NCBI GenBank assembly: GCA_035221665.1
Contig: CM069162.1
Coordinates: 18,352,001 to 18,416,000 of the forward strand
Length of the DNA: 64,000 nt
Direction of reading: 5' to 3'
From: Okamejei kenojei
Lineage: Eukaryota
Part shown: positions 63,881-64,000 of the stretch, one piece after another
Layout: each line of letters opens with the position of its first letter
How positions within the stretch are numbered: the first letter of the stretch is position 1
Notes under the pieces: generated by a model
Told to the model about the DNA's origin: nothing
Seen by the model: only the letters and a program-made list of their open reading frames with translations
Databases searched by the model: none
Made by a program: the position numbers and the translations under genes

Positions 63881-64000
63881 CCACTATCACGAGAGAGGAA
63901 CTCATTAACATTAGGCATTCAGTTCCTCCAAACATTGTTCTGGATTACTCTCACTCGTGGGATTATTTGGACACTAGGCAGCGGGGCTGTGGTTATGTGC

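Overview
Repeat-dense eukaryotic DNA, almost certainly from a cartilaginous fish (skate/ray-like). This is inferred from the repeat mix: many HE1/V-SINE-type tRNA SINEs, HER1/CR1 LINE fragments and Deu-domain SINEs. No complete host gene is visible. One well-supported minus-strand internal coding exon lies at 1708-1798, so most of the window is probably a very large intron or upstream region, with several repeat-free blocks that look like conserved regulatory elements. Larger mobile elements: a full-length decayed IR/DR Tc1 (4955-6579), an L2 3' fragment, a structurally complete DIRS tyrosine-recombinase retroelement with its internal complementary region (24438-28987), a heavily deleted Gypsy element (41304-42799), a full-length Rex1/Babar LINE (54542-57405), Penelope GIY-YIG fragments with many hammerhead-like pseudo-LTR copies, and three Harbinger-like MITEs. 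The most striking signals are (i) a primer-binding site extended to 36 nt with a substitution exactly at tRNA position 58, (ii) fold-back Penelope hammerhead cassettes and (iii) noncoding elements carrying Rex-type tails. I cannot claim a confirmed new system. Family assignments come from motif recognition only, and coordinates of decayed repeats are approximate.
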